A stretch of 32,000 nucleotides of DNA, taken from positions 1,560,001 through 1,592,000 of the forward strand of contig NZ_CP034549.1 in NCBI RefSeq assembly GCF_003966335.1, written 5' to 3'. The position numbers and the translations under genes are program-made. The stretch comes from Nonlabens ponticola. Lineage in GTDB: Bacteria > Bacteroidota > Bacteroidia > Flavobacteriales > Flavobacteriaceae. Below, piece after piece: positions 10,999 through 20,197 of the stretch. The notes below the pieces were generated by a model, which was not told where the DNA came from, did not search any database, and worked only from the letters and a program-made list of their open reading frames with translations. Position 1 is the first letter of the stretch; each line of letters begins with the position of its first letter.

Positions 10999-11937
10999 TT
11001 ATATTTCATAAACAACCTCACTACCAGCTTCAAGGTTCCCTTGATTCATATAAAAATCGATGCGGCCTACATTGATACCGTAGCAGCCTACCTGGTTAAC
11101 CATTACCGTTTTTCCAGCGGCGTTAGTGACCAGTTCTGGTTTATCGAGAAATGTATGCGTGTGACCACCTATGATCAGGTCGATGCCGCTGGTGGCTTTG
11201 GCGAGAGAGATGTCACTCACTTTATCGCCGCGATAGCTATATCCTAAGTGCGACATGCAAATCACAAGATCGCAGTTTTCTTCCTCGCGCAGCATTTTGA
11301 CCATATCGCGAGCACGTTCTACAGGATCAAGGTATTGAGTTTCCTTATACATGCTAGGAGCAACTAATCCTTGCAATTCAATACCAATACCAAAAAGTCC
11401 TATACGCACGTCATCTTTAACAAAAACACGATGCGTTCTAGTCTTCCCATCCATGATGGTGTTTGAGAAATCATAATTGGAGATGACAAAATCAAAATCA
11501 GCATGCGGTAATTGTTTGTAAAGACCATCAATACCATTATCAAAATCATGATTCCCTATAGTTGCCGCGTCATATCCCATCATGGTCATGAGTTTAATCT
11601 CTAATTCACCACCAAAAAAGTTGAAATAAGGCGTGCCCTGAAAGATATCACCACAGTCCAACAACAGTGTGTTTGGATTTTCTGCTCTTACTTTATTTAT
11701 CAATGCTGCTCGACGGGCAACGCCACCACGACCATCATTGCGACCACCGTTGATGGGCTCAATGTGAGAATGAGTATCGTTAGTGTGTAGGATGGTGATT
11801 TTTTTAGTTCTTAGTGATTTGTCTGCTTCAATAGTTGAACTAAAAAATCCATTTGCTATGGCTGTATTGCTCCACAAACCAGCACCTACCATCATTCCAG
11901 CGGTGGTGTTTTTAATAAATTTTCTGCGTTGGATCAT
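10999..11937 (-). CDS. Metallophosphatase, 5'-nucleotidase/UshA N-terminal-type domain, Tat-exported
   Basis: It has a twin-arginine leader MIQRRKFIKNTTAGMMVGAGLWSNTAIA and the calcineurin-like motifs ILHTNDTHSH, DCGDIFQG, GNHDFD and GGHTH. It has a 4-nt overlap with the upstream C-domain gene. Confidence 0.85.
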   Translation of the reverse strand: MIQRRKFIKNTTAGMMVGAGLWSNTAIANGFFSSTIEADKSLRTKKITILHTNDTHSHIEPINGGRNDGRGGVARRAALINKVRAENPNTLLLDCGDIFQGTPYFNFFGGELEIKLMTMMGYDAATIGNHDFDNGIDGLYKQLPHADFDFVISNYDFSNTIMDGKTRTHRVFVKDDVRIGLFGIGIELQGLVAPSMYKETQYLDPVERARDMVKMLREEENCDLVICMSHLGYSYRGDKVSDISLAKATSGIDLIIGGHTHTFLDKPELVTNAAGKTVMVNQVGCYGINVGRIDFYMNQGNLEAGSEVVYEI

Positions 11938-12725
11938 GGCGTATTTTTTTGAGCGAAGCGATCGTCTGCTTTATAGCCTAGAGTATCGGTCATTTTAAAG
12001 TAGTCAATCATTGCATTGCGTATTTTGTAATCTGTTTTATAGCTGGCAACAGCCTTAGTAAAAAACTCCATATTGTCGCCGCCTGTGAGCAGGTAATCAC
12101 TGGTCGCGACGTAGTAATCGCGATCATAAGCTATTGGTTTGCCATCCAGTAAAATTTCAATTGCTGTATCACCATCCATTGTTATTTTAAGTCCATCGAT
12201 GGGATGCGCCTTCTTTCTCTCTACAAGGTAGGCAACTAGTTCTCTCATTTGTTGTGGTTGCAATTGTGCGACCACGATCTCATTATCAAATGGCATAACT
12301 TCATAGGCAGTGCGCGTCGTGACATATCCTGCATCGATTCCAGCCCGGATTCCACCATGATTGAGTAATACCATATCTATATCGTTACCCGTACGGCTTT
12401 TTACGACCGCTGTGGCTTGTTCTCTCACGATACCAGCCATCAAATTTCCTAGTCGCGTGTTGAGCGGCGTATCATTTTTATACATCGCCGCTGGATTGAA
12501 ACTTAGCGGGTCGTTCATTTCCTGATCAAGACGTTCTTTGTAAGGTGCGATGAATCTCTCGAAAGTACTTACAGTAGCTTCTGTGGAGTCAATTTGCTCT
12601 TGCTGATAGACTGTTTTTTCTAGGGTGTAAGTTTCTGTCTTGCAAGATGTTGATAGTAGTAACGCTTTCGCGAAAGCTAAAACAACAAAAACTCTCATGC
12701 GCCCTTGTAGCAACTGTGTTATCAT
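11934..12725 (-). CDS. 5'-nucleotidase C-terminal domain lipoprotein
   Basis: 263 aa with a lipoprotein signal ...MRVFVVLAFAKALLLSTSC. The body matches the 5'-nucleotidase C-terminal substrate-binding domain (LLNHGGIRAGI..., EVMPFDNEIV, VATSDYLLTGGD). The start could be the internal ATG at 12698. Confidence 0.75.
   Translation of the reverse strand: MITQLLQGRMRVFVVLAFAKALLLSTSCKTETYTLEKTVYQQEQIDSTEATVSTFERFIAPYKERLDQEMNDPLSFNPAAMYKNDTPLNTRLGNLMAGIVREQATAVVKSRTGNDIDMVLLNHGGIRAGIDAGYVTTRTAYEVMPFDNEIVVAQLQPQQMRELVAYLVERKKAHPIDGLKITMDGDTAIEILLDGKPIAYDRDYYVATSDYLLTGGDNMEFFTKAVASYKTDYKIRNAMIDYFKMTDTLGYKADDRFAQKNTP
12664..12677. repeat. Iterated palindrome GCTTTCGCGAAAGC, copy 4
   Basis: Exact 14/14 match with flanks c...t. 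It encodes AFAKA inside the hydrophobic core of the lipoprotein signal peptide. Confidence 0.95.
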
Positions 12726-12737
12726 ATGTGATTGTTA

Positions 12738-12745
12738 TACCTTTG
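12738..12745 (+). promoter_or_regulatory. Candidate -7 promoter box TACCTTTG
   Basis: It matches TAnnTTTG and lies 16 nt upstream of the ATG at 12762, within a 36-bp divergent intergenic region. Confidence 0.4.
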
Positions 12746-12761
12746 TGGTAAGTAAAAGTAC

Positions 12762-13268
12762 ATGATTTTTGACGTATTAAAGCATCGATGGCTGCGCCTT
12801 GAGGAGCAAAAAATCAAGCAAATGGGACGTGATCGCAGCATCTCGTCGATGGATAGTGCGATTGTTCTTTACAATACCGATGAGGTGCCGGATTTGACGG
12901 TTTTAAAAAGCTGGAAAGAGCTTCTAACTTTGAAAGAGCTCACTCCTGTAGGATTTACTAGCGATAAAAAAGCAGTTGCAAGACCTAATGAGGTGTTGCT
13001 TGATGAAGGTGCGATCAAATGGTCAGGCGGCCTGGCGAGTGATGACTTAAAAGAATTGTTGAGTAAAAAATTTGATCTTCAAATCAACTTTTTAAACCAT
13101 ACTACAATTATGCAGTCCTATGTATTACATGCCTTGCACTCAAAATTGAAGGTAGGTTTTCCTACTCAAGAAGAGTCGCATTATGACATTGCAATTGATG
13201 TAGGAATGAAGGATGTAGATACTTTTACTCGTGAGTTAAAAAAATATCTAACGATTATAAAAAATTAA
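12762..13268 (+). CDS. Conserved hypothetical protein upstream of dapA
   Basis: A 168-aa ORF with a clean codon pattern, separated by 1 nt from dapA. I recognise no motifs with confidence. Confidence 0.5.
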   Translation: MIFDVLKHRWLRLEEQKIKQMGRDRSISSMDSAIVLYNTDEVPDLTVLKSWKELLTLKELTPVGFTSDKKAVARPNEVLLDEGAIKWSGGLASDDLKELLSKKFDLQINFLNHTTIMQSYVLHALHSKLKVGFPTQEESHYDIAIDVGMKDVDTFTRELKKYLTIIKN

Positions 13269-13269
13269 A

Positions 13270-14169
13270 ATGCAGGAACTTATAGGTACTGGCGTGGCGC
13301 TGGTAACACCTTTTACATCTAAAGGCACAATCGATCACGATTCATTAGCACGACTGGTGCAGTTTCAAATTGACAATGGTACTGATTATCTAGTAGTGAT
13401 GGGAACCACTGGAGAAAGTGTGACTCTAACAAAAGAAGAAAAACAAGCAGCGATAAAAACCATCATTAAGGCCAACGACGGCAATTTACCTCTAGTAATA
13501 GGGATAGGTGGTAGCGATACACAAGTAGTTGTGGATCAAATAAAGGCTACCGATCTGGAACCTTTTTGTGCGATACTTTCTGTCTCGCCTGCATATAATA
13601 AACCCAGTCAACGCGGTATTTATGAACATTTTAAAGCTGTAGCTGCTGCCACTGACAAACCTATCATCTTGTATAATGTTCCTGGTCGTACAGGATCAAA
13701 CATGGCGGTGCAAACTGTTGTGAGATTAGCTCACGATTGTGACAATGTCATTGGGATCAAGGAAGCCGCTGGCGATCTCGTACAAGCGATGAAACTGATA
13801 CAGTATTCACCCAAGGATTTCATGGTGATCTCTGGCGACGATATGATTGCTTTGCCTATGACACTTGCTGGTGGCGCTGGCGTGATTTCGGTGATAGGGC
13901 AAGCCATGGCTAAGGATTTTAGTGATATGATACGTTACGGTCTTAACGGCGATGTTGATAAGGCGTATGAACTACATTATCAACTTGCAGCAAGTATCGA
14001 TATGATTTTTGAACAAGGGAATCCTGCAGGAATCAAGTCGTTGCTCAAGCATTTAGGTATCTGTGAAGAATTTGTAAGATTACCACTAGTGACTGTTGAT
14101 GATGATTTGCGAGCCAGGCTTCAATCATTTCTAGAGTCATACCAAAACCAAGAAGAAAGCGTTCAATAA
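13270..14169 (+). CDS. dapA: 4-hydroxy-tetrahydrodipicolinate synthase
   Basis: 299 aa with [10 protein letters not shown] and VVMGTTGES. It also has YNVPGRTG and a Schiff-base Lys context (IGIKEAAGD) typical of DapA. Confidence 0.93.
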   Translation: MQELIGTGVALVTPFTSKGTIDHDSLARLVQFQIDNGTDYLVVMGTTGESVTLTKEEKQAAIKTIIKANDGNLPLVIGIGGSDTQVVVDQIKATDLEPFCAILSVSPAYNKPSQRGIYEHFKAVAAATDKPIILYNVPGRTGSNMAVQTVVRLAHDCDNVIGIKEAAGDLVQAMKLIQYSPKDFMVISGDDMIALPMTLAGGAGVISVIGQAMAKDFSDMIRYGLNGDVDKAYELHYQLAASIDMIFEQGNPAGIKSLLKHLGICEEFVRLPLVTVDDDLRARLQSFLESYQNQEESVQ

Positions 14170-14193
14170 TTGAACTGTCAATAGGCAAAACGA

Positions 14194-14201
14194 TACATTT
14201 G
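14194..14201 (+). promoter_or_regulatory. Candidate -7 promoter box TACATTTG
   Basis: It matches TAnnTTTG and lies 20 nt upstream of the bamD ATG at 14222. Confidence 0.4.
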
Positions 14202-14221
14202 CCGTCCAGTAAATCAAGTAG

Positions 14222-15025
14222 ATGAAGAAAAGTTTATTACTAGTACTCACAGCTATCGTTATTGCTAGCTGTTCCAATTATCAAAAGGCGCTTAAATCAA
14301 CTGATAACCAGTTTAAAATACGCACCATCGATAGTTTGTATAATAAAGAGAAATATACTAAAGCTATTAATCTACTGGAGCAAGTTGTGCCTCAATATCG
14401 CGGTACTGATAGTGCAGCACCGCTAGCACTTAAACTCGCTAATGCATTGTATTTTGACAGGCGCTATCCAGAAAGCGGTTATCAGTTTGAGACTTTCAAG
14501 AATAGTTATATCACCAGTCCCAAAAGGGAATATGCCACTTTTATGGTAGGTAAAAGCCTCTATGAAATGGCACCTATCTATTCCAAAGATCAAGCACCTA
14601 CTGAACGTGCAATGGCCAAGTTTCAGGATTATATCAATACTTATCCTAATGGCGAGTACGCTGACGAGGCAAACGCCTTGACGCAGGAACTGCGATTAAA
14701 GCTCGATAAAAAAGCCTTTGAAATTGCCCTACAATATTATAAACGAGCACCTTACCTTAATTTGAGAGGTGGATTTGTAACGGCGATAACCAGCTTTGAG
14801 AATTTTATCATCGAGCATCCTGGATCGGAATATCAGGACGATGCCCATTTCTATCTCATTGATTCACAGTACAATTATGCTATTAGAAGCGTGCCTGTAT
14901 TGATTCCTGAAAGACTTGAAAAAGCTAAGGAATATTATAATACCTTTGCAACTCGTTATCCAGCGAGTGAATTTCAAGAAGATGCACAGGATTTGCTGGA
15001 AAAGATCAACGATTTTAATAACTAA
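14222..15025 (+). CDS. bamD: Outer membrane protein assembly factor BamD (TPR lipoprotein)
   Basis: It has a lipoprotein signal MKKSLLLVLTAIVIASC and TPR-like repeats (YPNGEYADEA, HPGSEYQDDA, YPASEFQEDA). It sits upstream of rpoZ-coaBC, the conserved position in Bacteroidota. Confidence 0.7.
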   Translation: MKKSLLLVLTAIVIASCSNYQKALKSTDNQFKIRTIDSLYNKEKYTKAINLLEQVVPQYRGTDSAAPLALKLANALYFDRRYPESGYQFETFKNSYITSPKREYATFMVGKSLYEMAPIYSKDQAPTERAMAKFQDYINTYPNGEYADEANALTQELRLKLDKKAFEIALQYYKRAPYLNLRGGFVTAITSFENFIIEHPGSEYQDDAHFYLIDSQYNYAIRSVPVLIPERLEKAKEYYNTFATRYPASEFQEDAQDLLEKINDFNN

Positions 15026-15043
15026 GAATTTTACCCAATTACT

Positions 15044-15367
15044 ATGGATACTAAAAATCTAAAAGCACCCAATACAAGTGTAACCTATGATAGAGATCTT
15101 CTAACGGCTCCAACAGGTAACATGTATGAAGCGATTTCTATCATTGCAAAACGTGCAGAACAAATAAATTCTGAAATCAAGGAAGAGCTTATCGAGAAGC
15201 TTGAAGAATTTGCTACTTACAATGACTCTCTAGAAGAAGTGTTTGAAAATAAAGAGCAGATTGAGGTTTCAAAATTCTATGAGAAATTACCAAAGCCACA
15301 TTCTATCGCAGTAGAAGAGTGGATGGATGGTAAAATCTATCACAGAGACACCAGCGTTTCTGAATAA
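15044..15367 (+). CDS. rpoZ: DNA-directed RNA polymerase subunit omega (Bacteroidota long form)
   Basis: 107 aa with an Rpb6/omega core NMYEAISIIAKRAEQIN. It lies between bamD and coaBC, the conserved position. Confidence 0.65.
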   Translation: MDTKNLKAPNTSVTYDRDLLTAPTGNMYEAISIIAKRAEQINSEIKEELIEKLEEFATYNDSLEEVFENKEQIEVSKFYEKLPKPHSIAVEEWMDGKIYHRDTSVSE

Positions 15368-15370
15368 TAC

Positions 15371-16579
15371 ATGATGAGTATTTTAAGCGGTAAAAACATA
15401 TTGCTAGGTGTTACTGGTGGTATCGCTGCTTACAAATCAACTTTCCTAGTGCGCCTGCTTGTAAAAGCGGGCGCTGCTGTTAAGGTGGTAATGACGCCAG
15501 CAGCTAGAGACTTTGTCACGCCGCTTACCTTATCTACACTTTCAAAAAATCCCGTATTGTCATCTTTTACTAATGAAGATGATGAAAACGATTTATGGAA
15601 TAATCATGTAGAGCTAGGTCTTTGGGCAGATTACATGATAATTGCGCCAGCAACTGCCAATACATTGTCCAAAATGGTCACTGGCAACGTCGATAACTTG
15701 CTGCTAGCTGTTTACAGTAGTGCAAAGTGTCCCGTGTATTTTGCTCCAGCCATGGATCTTGATATGTACAAGCATCCATCAACTACTGCAAATTTTGAAC
15801 ATCTCGAGGAATACGGTAACATTATGATTCCTGCTGGCGATGGTGAACTGGCAAGTGGGCTATCAGGAAAAGGCCGCATGGCAGAGCCTGAAGAAATCAT
15901 CGAGTTTGTCCAGCAATCCATATTAAAAAATAAACCACTGTACGGTAAGAAGTGCCTGATAACCGCTGGTCCGACTTATGAGGCGATTGATCCCGTACGT
16001 TTTATAGGCAATCACAGCAGTGGTAAGATGGGCAGCGAGTTAGCTCATCAATTGCTAGATCAAGGCGCTGAGGTAACGCTGGTCATGGGACCTAGTCAAG
16101 TGACAACTTCAAGTTCTATCAATAGACTAGATGTAAAGAGCGCCCAAGAAATGTATGATGCCGTTCATGAACATATCAGCGATCAGGATATTGCCATATT
16201 TAGCGCTGCCGTGGCAGATTATCGTCCTGCAAATCCGGCGGACAGTAAAATAAAGAAAAGCGAGGATACGTTATCTTTAGAACTCGTGAAGAATCCAGAT
16301 ATTCTGGCGAGTGTAGGTGCGTTACAGCATCGACCTTTTCTCGTAGGCTTTGCTCTAGAGACAAATGATGAATTGGAGCACGCTTTCGCGAAAGCAAAAA
16401 AGAAAAACACCGATCTACTCATCTTAAACTCCATGCGAGATAAAGGTGCAGGTTTTGGTACAGATACTAACAAGATTACCATGATCCATCGATCAGGCGA
16501 GCATCAGGAATTTGCTCTAAAATCGAAGGCTGACGTGGCAAAAGATATTGTCAATGAAATTATTAAACAGGTCGTTTAA
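15371..16579 (+). CDS. coaBC: Bifunctional phosphopantothenoylcysteine decarboxylase / phosphopantothenate-cysteine ligase
   Basis: 402 aa with an N-terminal flavoprotein domain (ILLGVTGGIAAYKS, PAMDLDMY). The C-terminal CoaB domain has ITAGPTYEAIDPVRFIGNHSSGKMG and AAVADYRP. Confidence 0.95.
   Translation: MMSILSGKNILLGVTGGIAAYKSTFLVRLLVKAGAAVKVVMTPAARDFVTPLTLSTLSKNPVLSSFTNEDDENDLWNNHVELGLWADYMIIAPATANTLSKMVTGNVDNLLLAVYSSAKCPVYFAPAMDLDMYKHPSTTANFEHLEEYGNIMIPAGDGELASGLSGKGRMAEPEEIIEFVQQSILKNKPLYGKKCLITAGPTYEAIDPVRFIGNHSSGKMGSELAHQLLDQGAEVTLVMGPSQVTTSSSINRLDVKSAQEMYDAVHEHISDQDIAIFSAAVADYRPANPADSKIKKSEDTLSLELVKNPDILASVGALQHRPFLVGFALETNDELEHAFAKAKKKNTDLLILNSMRDKGAGFGTDTNKITMIHRSGEHQEFALKSKADVAKDIVNEIIKQVV
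16382..16395. repeat. Iterated palindrome GCTTTCGCGAAAGC, copy 5
   Basis: Exact 14/14 match with flanks c...a. It encodes AFAKA in a helix of the CoaB domain (EHAFAKAKKKNTD). Confidence 0.95.
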
Positions 16580-17462
16580 ACTCGCCATACTTCTATTATT
16601 TATTGGTGCTTTTTCAACAGCCCAAGAATTCAATATGACAGTGCAGGTAAATGCGCAAAACGTGGCGCAGCCAGATGCATCCGTATTTGGGACGCTGGAA
16701 CGATCTATACAAGAGTTTATCAATAACACTAAGTGGACTGACAAGGAATATAAAGATCACGAGCGTATCGATGCCAGTATGATCTTTGTGGTGTCAAATT
16801 TTGAGAATAATATTTTTGAGGGTAATTTCCAGTTGTCTTTGTCTAGACCTGTATTCAACTCTACGTACGCTACTAACACGTTTAATTTCAAGGATAACGA
16901 TATACGTTTTCAATATGTTGAGAATGAGCCGTTGTTTTATAACAATGCCCAGTTTGAGAGTAATTTAATTTCTCTTTTATCCTTTTATGCTTACACGATG
17001 TTAGGTATTGATGCAGATACGTTTGCCTTGCGCGGTGGTGAAGAGTTCCATGAGGAAGCGCAACAAGTCGTCAACCTAGCGCAATCATCAAGAAACGTAG
17101 GCTGGAATCCTAATGATGGTAACGGTCGTGTTTCAAGATATCGATTGAACAATGATATGCTGTCAGAGACCTATGCAGCCTATCGTCAGGTCATGTTTGA
17201 TTATCACCTTAACGGGCTAGATAAATTTGCGCTCAATCCTAAAGAGGTCAAGGAGAATTTACAAAGCTACATAGGACAATTTGAGGAATTGAGTCAACGC
17301 CGTCCTAACAATCTCTTGCAGCGTACCTTCTTTGATGCCAAGGCAGACGAGATCGCCAATATCTATTCTGGTGGGCCAGCGGTGAATATTAGAGATTTCA
17401 AGGCTTTGCTACAAAAGCTAGCGCCTAATCAGTCTTCTAAGTGGCGCAATATAAAGGTCTAG
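16554..17462 (+). CDS. DUF4835-like secreted protein (the family found between coaBC and recN in Bacteroidota; possibly T9SS-associated PorD)
   Basis: The ATG at 16554 (MKLLNRSFKLAILLLFIGAFSTAQ) gives a signal peptide; the ORF track uses the TTG at 16548. The assignment rests mainly on my recollection of conserved synteny. Confidence 0.5.
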   Translation: MKLLNRSFKLAILLLFIGAFSTAQEFNMTVQVNAQNVAQPDASVFGTLERSIQEFINNTKWTDKEYKDHERIDASMIFVVSNFENNIFEGNFQLSLSRPVFNSTYATNTFNFKDNDIRFQYVENEPLFYNNAQFESNLISLLSFYAYTMLGIDADTFALRGGEEFHEEAQQVVNLAQSSRNVGWNPNDGNGRVSRYRLNNDMLSETYAAYRQVMFDYHLNGLDKFALNPKEVKENLQSYIGQFEELSQRRPNNLLQRTFFDAKADEIANIYSGGPAVNIRDFKALLQKLAPNQSSKWRNIKV

Positions 17463-17464
17463 GT

Positions 17465-17483
17465 TCAAGAAACTTCTTGATTT
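17465..17483 (+). terminator. Weak hairpin plus T-run after the DUF4835-like gene
   Basis: TCAAGAA-AC-TTCTTGA followed by TTT, starting 3 nt after the stop codon. The stem is short and AT-rich, so this is tentative. Confidence 0.3.
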
Positions 17484-17625
17484 GACCTTGTAAATGTCTC
17501 GATCATTTGTACAATTCACGTGATTATAATTTGGCTCACGAGGCATTGCGCATCGCAAGGTGATTTAGTAACTTTCCATCTTAGGACACTTTCAATATTA
17601 CCTAAGTAACTAATCTGTAAATCAA

Positions 17626-19305
17626 TTGCTTACCCACATTCACATTCAAAATTATGCCTTGATAGACGAGCTTGATCTTGATCTGTCTGCTGGTTTAAGT
17701 ATGATCACTGGTGAGACCGGAGCAGGTAAGTCCATACTTTTGGGAGCCTTAGGATTGGTCACAGGAAAACGAGCAGATTTAAGTGCCGTCCGTGACACCA
17801 GCAGTAAGTGTATTGTTGAGGCTCACTATGACATTAGCAAGCTAGAATTAGAGGATTTCTTTACAGAATCTGGACTAGATCACGAGCAGCAAACCATACT
17901 GCGTAGAGAAATTTTACCATCGGGAAAAAGCCGCGCTTTCATTAATGATAGCCCGACGACTTTGTCTATAATGTCTCAATTAGGCGATCGACTTATTGAT
18001 ATTCATTCACAGCATCAAACCTTGCAGCTCTCTACCGATGCTTTTCAAGTCGAGGTACTCAATGCTTATGTCAACCATCAAACTAAGAAAGCAAAAGTAA
18101 CTGGAGCCGATGTGCTACAGGATTATCAGGCAACACTCAAATCATACACACAGGAGCTTAAAAAGCTTAAAGAATTAGAAAGCAAACAAGCTGCCCTTAT
18201 TAAAGAATCAGACTACAATAGTTTTCTACTCAATGAACTTGAAGATGCCGAACTAGATGGTGTCGATGTTGAACAGCTAGAAACCGAAAACGAGCAATTA
18301 AGCAACGTAGAACTCATTACAGAATCTTTGCAAGCAGTTGATTACGTGATTTTAAACGATGATCAAAATGTGCTGGATCAATTGCGTGATGTGCAATCTC
18401 GCATTAAAAGCATAGAAGGTTTTTCTACTGATTATAAGAGTTTGAAAGAGCGATTGTCATCGGTTATTCTGGAGTTGGAGGATTTGCAGGAAGAAAGTAG
18501 CAGACTCACCGATAATCTAGAGCAAGATCCCGAGCGATTGGAGCATATCAATATGAAGCTAGCACTGATCGATAACTTATATCGCAAGCATCAAGTAGAT
18601 TCCGTTAAGCAATTGTTGGAGTTAAGAGATGAGTTAGCCGATAAGGTGCTTACCTCGCAAAGCATCGATGGCTCCATTAAAAAAGCAACGGCAGCCATTT
18701 CACAAACTGAAAACTCTTTGAGAGATTTAGGAAAGCAATTGCATGAATTGCGTTCTAAGCATCTTGCTTCATTAGAACAACACATACTTACTACGGTAAA
18801 AGAATTAGGAATGCCTGATGCACAGTTTAAGGTGCGTTTGCAAAAGCAAGAAACCTTCTTGTCTCATGGTATGGATATAATCCAGTTCACATTTACAGCA
18901 AATAGAGGATCAGACTTATTGCCGCTTGATAAAGCAGCTAGTGGTGGTGAGCTGTCGCGATTGATGCTCGCGATTAAAGCATTGCTTTCTCAATGCAAGC
19001 AGTTACCCACGATATTATTTGATGAGATTGACACCGGTGTGAGCGGCGCCATTGCAGATCGCATGGCCGTTATTATGAAAAATATGGCGTCCAGCATGCA
19101 AGTGATAACGATCACACACTTACCACAAATTGCAGCGGCAGGCGCACAACATATGGTGGTGCGCAAACAGGTAATCAATGACCGTACGGTTTCAACCATC
19201 CAGAATCTAGATAACGATAGTAGGATGGAAGAGATTGCTCAAATGTTGAGCGGCGGCGTTGTGTCAAACGCAGCGAGAGAAAACGCACGCATTTTACTTC
19301 AATAG
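17626..19305 (+). CDS. recN: DNA repair protein RecN
   Basis: 559 aa with a TTG start, giving the canonical N-terminus (M)LTHIHIQNYALIDEL. It has Walker A GETGAGKS, a long coiled coil, the ABC signature ASGGELSR and Walker B ILFDEIDTG. Confidence 0.95.
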   Translation: MLTHIHIQNYALIDELDLDLSAGLSMITGETGAGKSILLGALGLVTGKRADLSAVRDTSSKCIVEAHYDISKLELEDFFTESGLDHEQQTILRREILPSGKSRAFINDSPTTLSIMSQLGDRLIDIHSQHQTLQLSTDAFQVEVLNAYVNHQTKKAKVTGADVLQDYQATLKSYTQELKKLKELESKQAALIKESDYNSFLLNELEDAELDGVDVEQLETENEQLSNVELITESLQAVDYVILNDDQNVLDQLRDVQSRIKSIEGFSTDYKSLKERLSSVILELEDLQEESSRLTDNLEQDPERLEHINMKLALIDNLYRKHQVDSVKQLLELRDELADKVLTSQSIDGSIKKATAAISQTENSLRDLGKQLHELRSKHLASLEQHILTTVKELGMPDAQFKVRLQKQETFLSHGMDIIQFTFTANRGSDLLPLDKAASGGELSRLMLAIKALLSQCKQLPTILFDEIDTGVSGAIADRMAVIMKNMASSMQVITITHLPQIAAAGAQHMVVRKQVINDRTVSTIQNLDNDSRMEEIAQMLSGGVVSNAARENARILLQ

Positions 19306-19312
19306 ATAATTT

Positions 19313-19320
19313 TATATTTG
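19313..19320 (+). promoter_or_regulatory. Candidate -7 promoter box TATATTTG
   Basis: It matches TAnnTTTG and lies 17 nt upstream of the fabI ATG at 19338. Confidence 0.4.
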
Positions 19321-19337
19321 CGACTTACAATTAACTT

Positions 19338-20144
19338 ATGGCTTACAACTTACTTAAAGGAAAACGAGGTATCATTTTTGGCGCATTGGACGAGAATTCC
19401 ATCGCTTGGAAAACGGCAAAACTTGCTCACGATGAAGGCGCAACCTTTGTATTGACAAATGCTCCTGTAGCGATGCGTATGGGAGAAATCAATAAACTGG
19501 CAGAAGAAACCGGCAGCGAGATCATTCCAGCAGATGCAACGAGTATAGAGGATCTTGAAAACTTGGTCTCAAAATCTGTTGAGATCTTAGGTGGGAAACT
19601 TGATTTTGTACTTCACTCCATAGGTATGTCAGTCAATGTGCGTAAGGGCAAACATTATACTGATCAAAACTATTCATGGACTGAGAAAGGTTGGGACGTC
19701 AGCGCCGTTTCTTTTCATAAAGTGATGCAAACCTTACACAAGCACGACGCCATGAATGAATGGGGTAGCATTGTTGCACTTACTTATATGGCTGCACAAC
19801 GCACGTTCCCAGACTATAATGATATGGCAGATAACAAAGCGTACCTTGAAAGTATTGCTAGGAGCTTTGGGTATTTCTTTGGTAAGGATAAAAAAGTACG
19901 TGTCAATACGATATCTCAATCACCAACACCTACTACGGCTGGTAGCGGCGTGAAAGGATTTGAAGGTTTCTTGAGTTATGCAGAAAAGATGAGCCCGTTA
20001 GGTAACGCAACCGCTCAAGACTGTGCAGAATATACGATGACACTATTCTCTGATTACACTAAAAAAGTTACCATGCAAAACCTTTTCCATGACGGTGGTT
20101 TCTCAAATACTGGTGTGAGCCAAGAGGTTATCGAGAAATTTTAA
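19338..20144 (+). CDS. fabI: Enoyl-[acyl-carrier-protein] reductase (NADH) FabI
   Basis: 268 aa. LKGKRGIIFGALDENSIAW is the FabI-type dinucleotide fold. It has the SDR-like Y...K catalytic region (TYMAAQRTFPDYNDMADNKAYLES) and ISQSP. Confidence 0.9.
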   Translation: MAYNLLKGKRGIIFGALDENSIAWKTAKLAHDEGATFVLTNAPVAMRMGEINKLAEETGSEIIPADATSIEDLENLVSKSVEILGGKLDFVLHSIGMSVNVRKGKHYTDQNYSWTEKGWDVSAVSFHKVMQTLHKHDAMNEWGSIVALTYMAAQRTFPDYNDMADNKAYLESIARSFGYFFGKDKKVRVNTISQSPTPTTAGSGVKGFEGFLSYAEKMSPLGNATAQDCAEYTMTLFSDYTKKVTMQNLFHDGGFSNTGVSQEVIEKF

Positions 20145-20166
20145 AAAACTTAAATTCATTAAATTA

Positions 20167-20190
20167 AAAGGCTGTCTCAACAGCCTTTTT
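20167..20190 (+). terminator. Rho-independent terminator downstream of fabI
   Basis: A perfect 9-bp stem AAAGGCTGT / ACAGCCTTT with a CTCA loop, followed by a T-run. It begins 23 nt after the fabI stop. Confidence 0.8.
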
Positions 20191-20197
20191 CTGTTTT

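Noticed and set aside
17516-17523. TCACGTGA, identical to the central 8 nt of parS
   Set aside because: The flanks (aat...tta) do not match the GTT/AAC arms, so only the 8-nt core matches. I treated it as a possible operator half instead.
17934-17940. CGCTTTC half-site of the iterated palindrome inside recN
   Set aside because: Only a 7-mer matches, followed by unrelated sequence (ATTAATG), which is compatible with chance.
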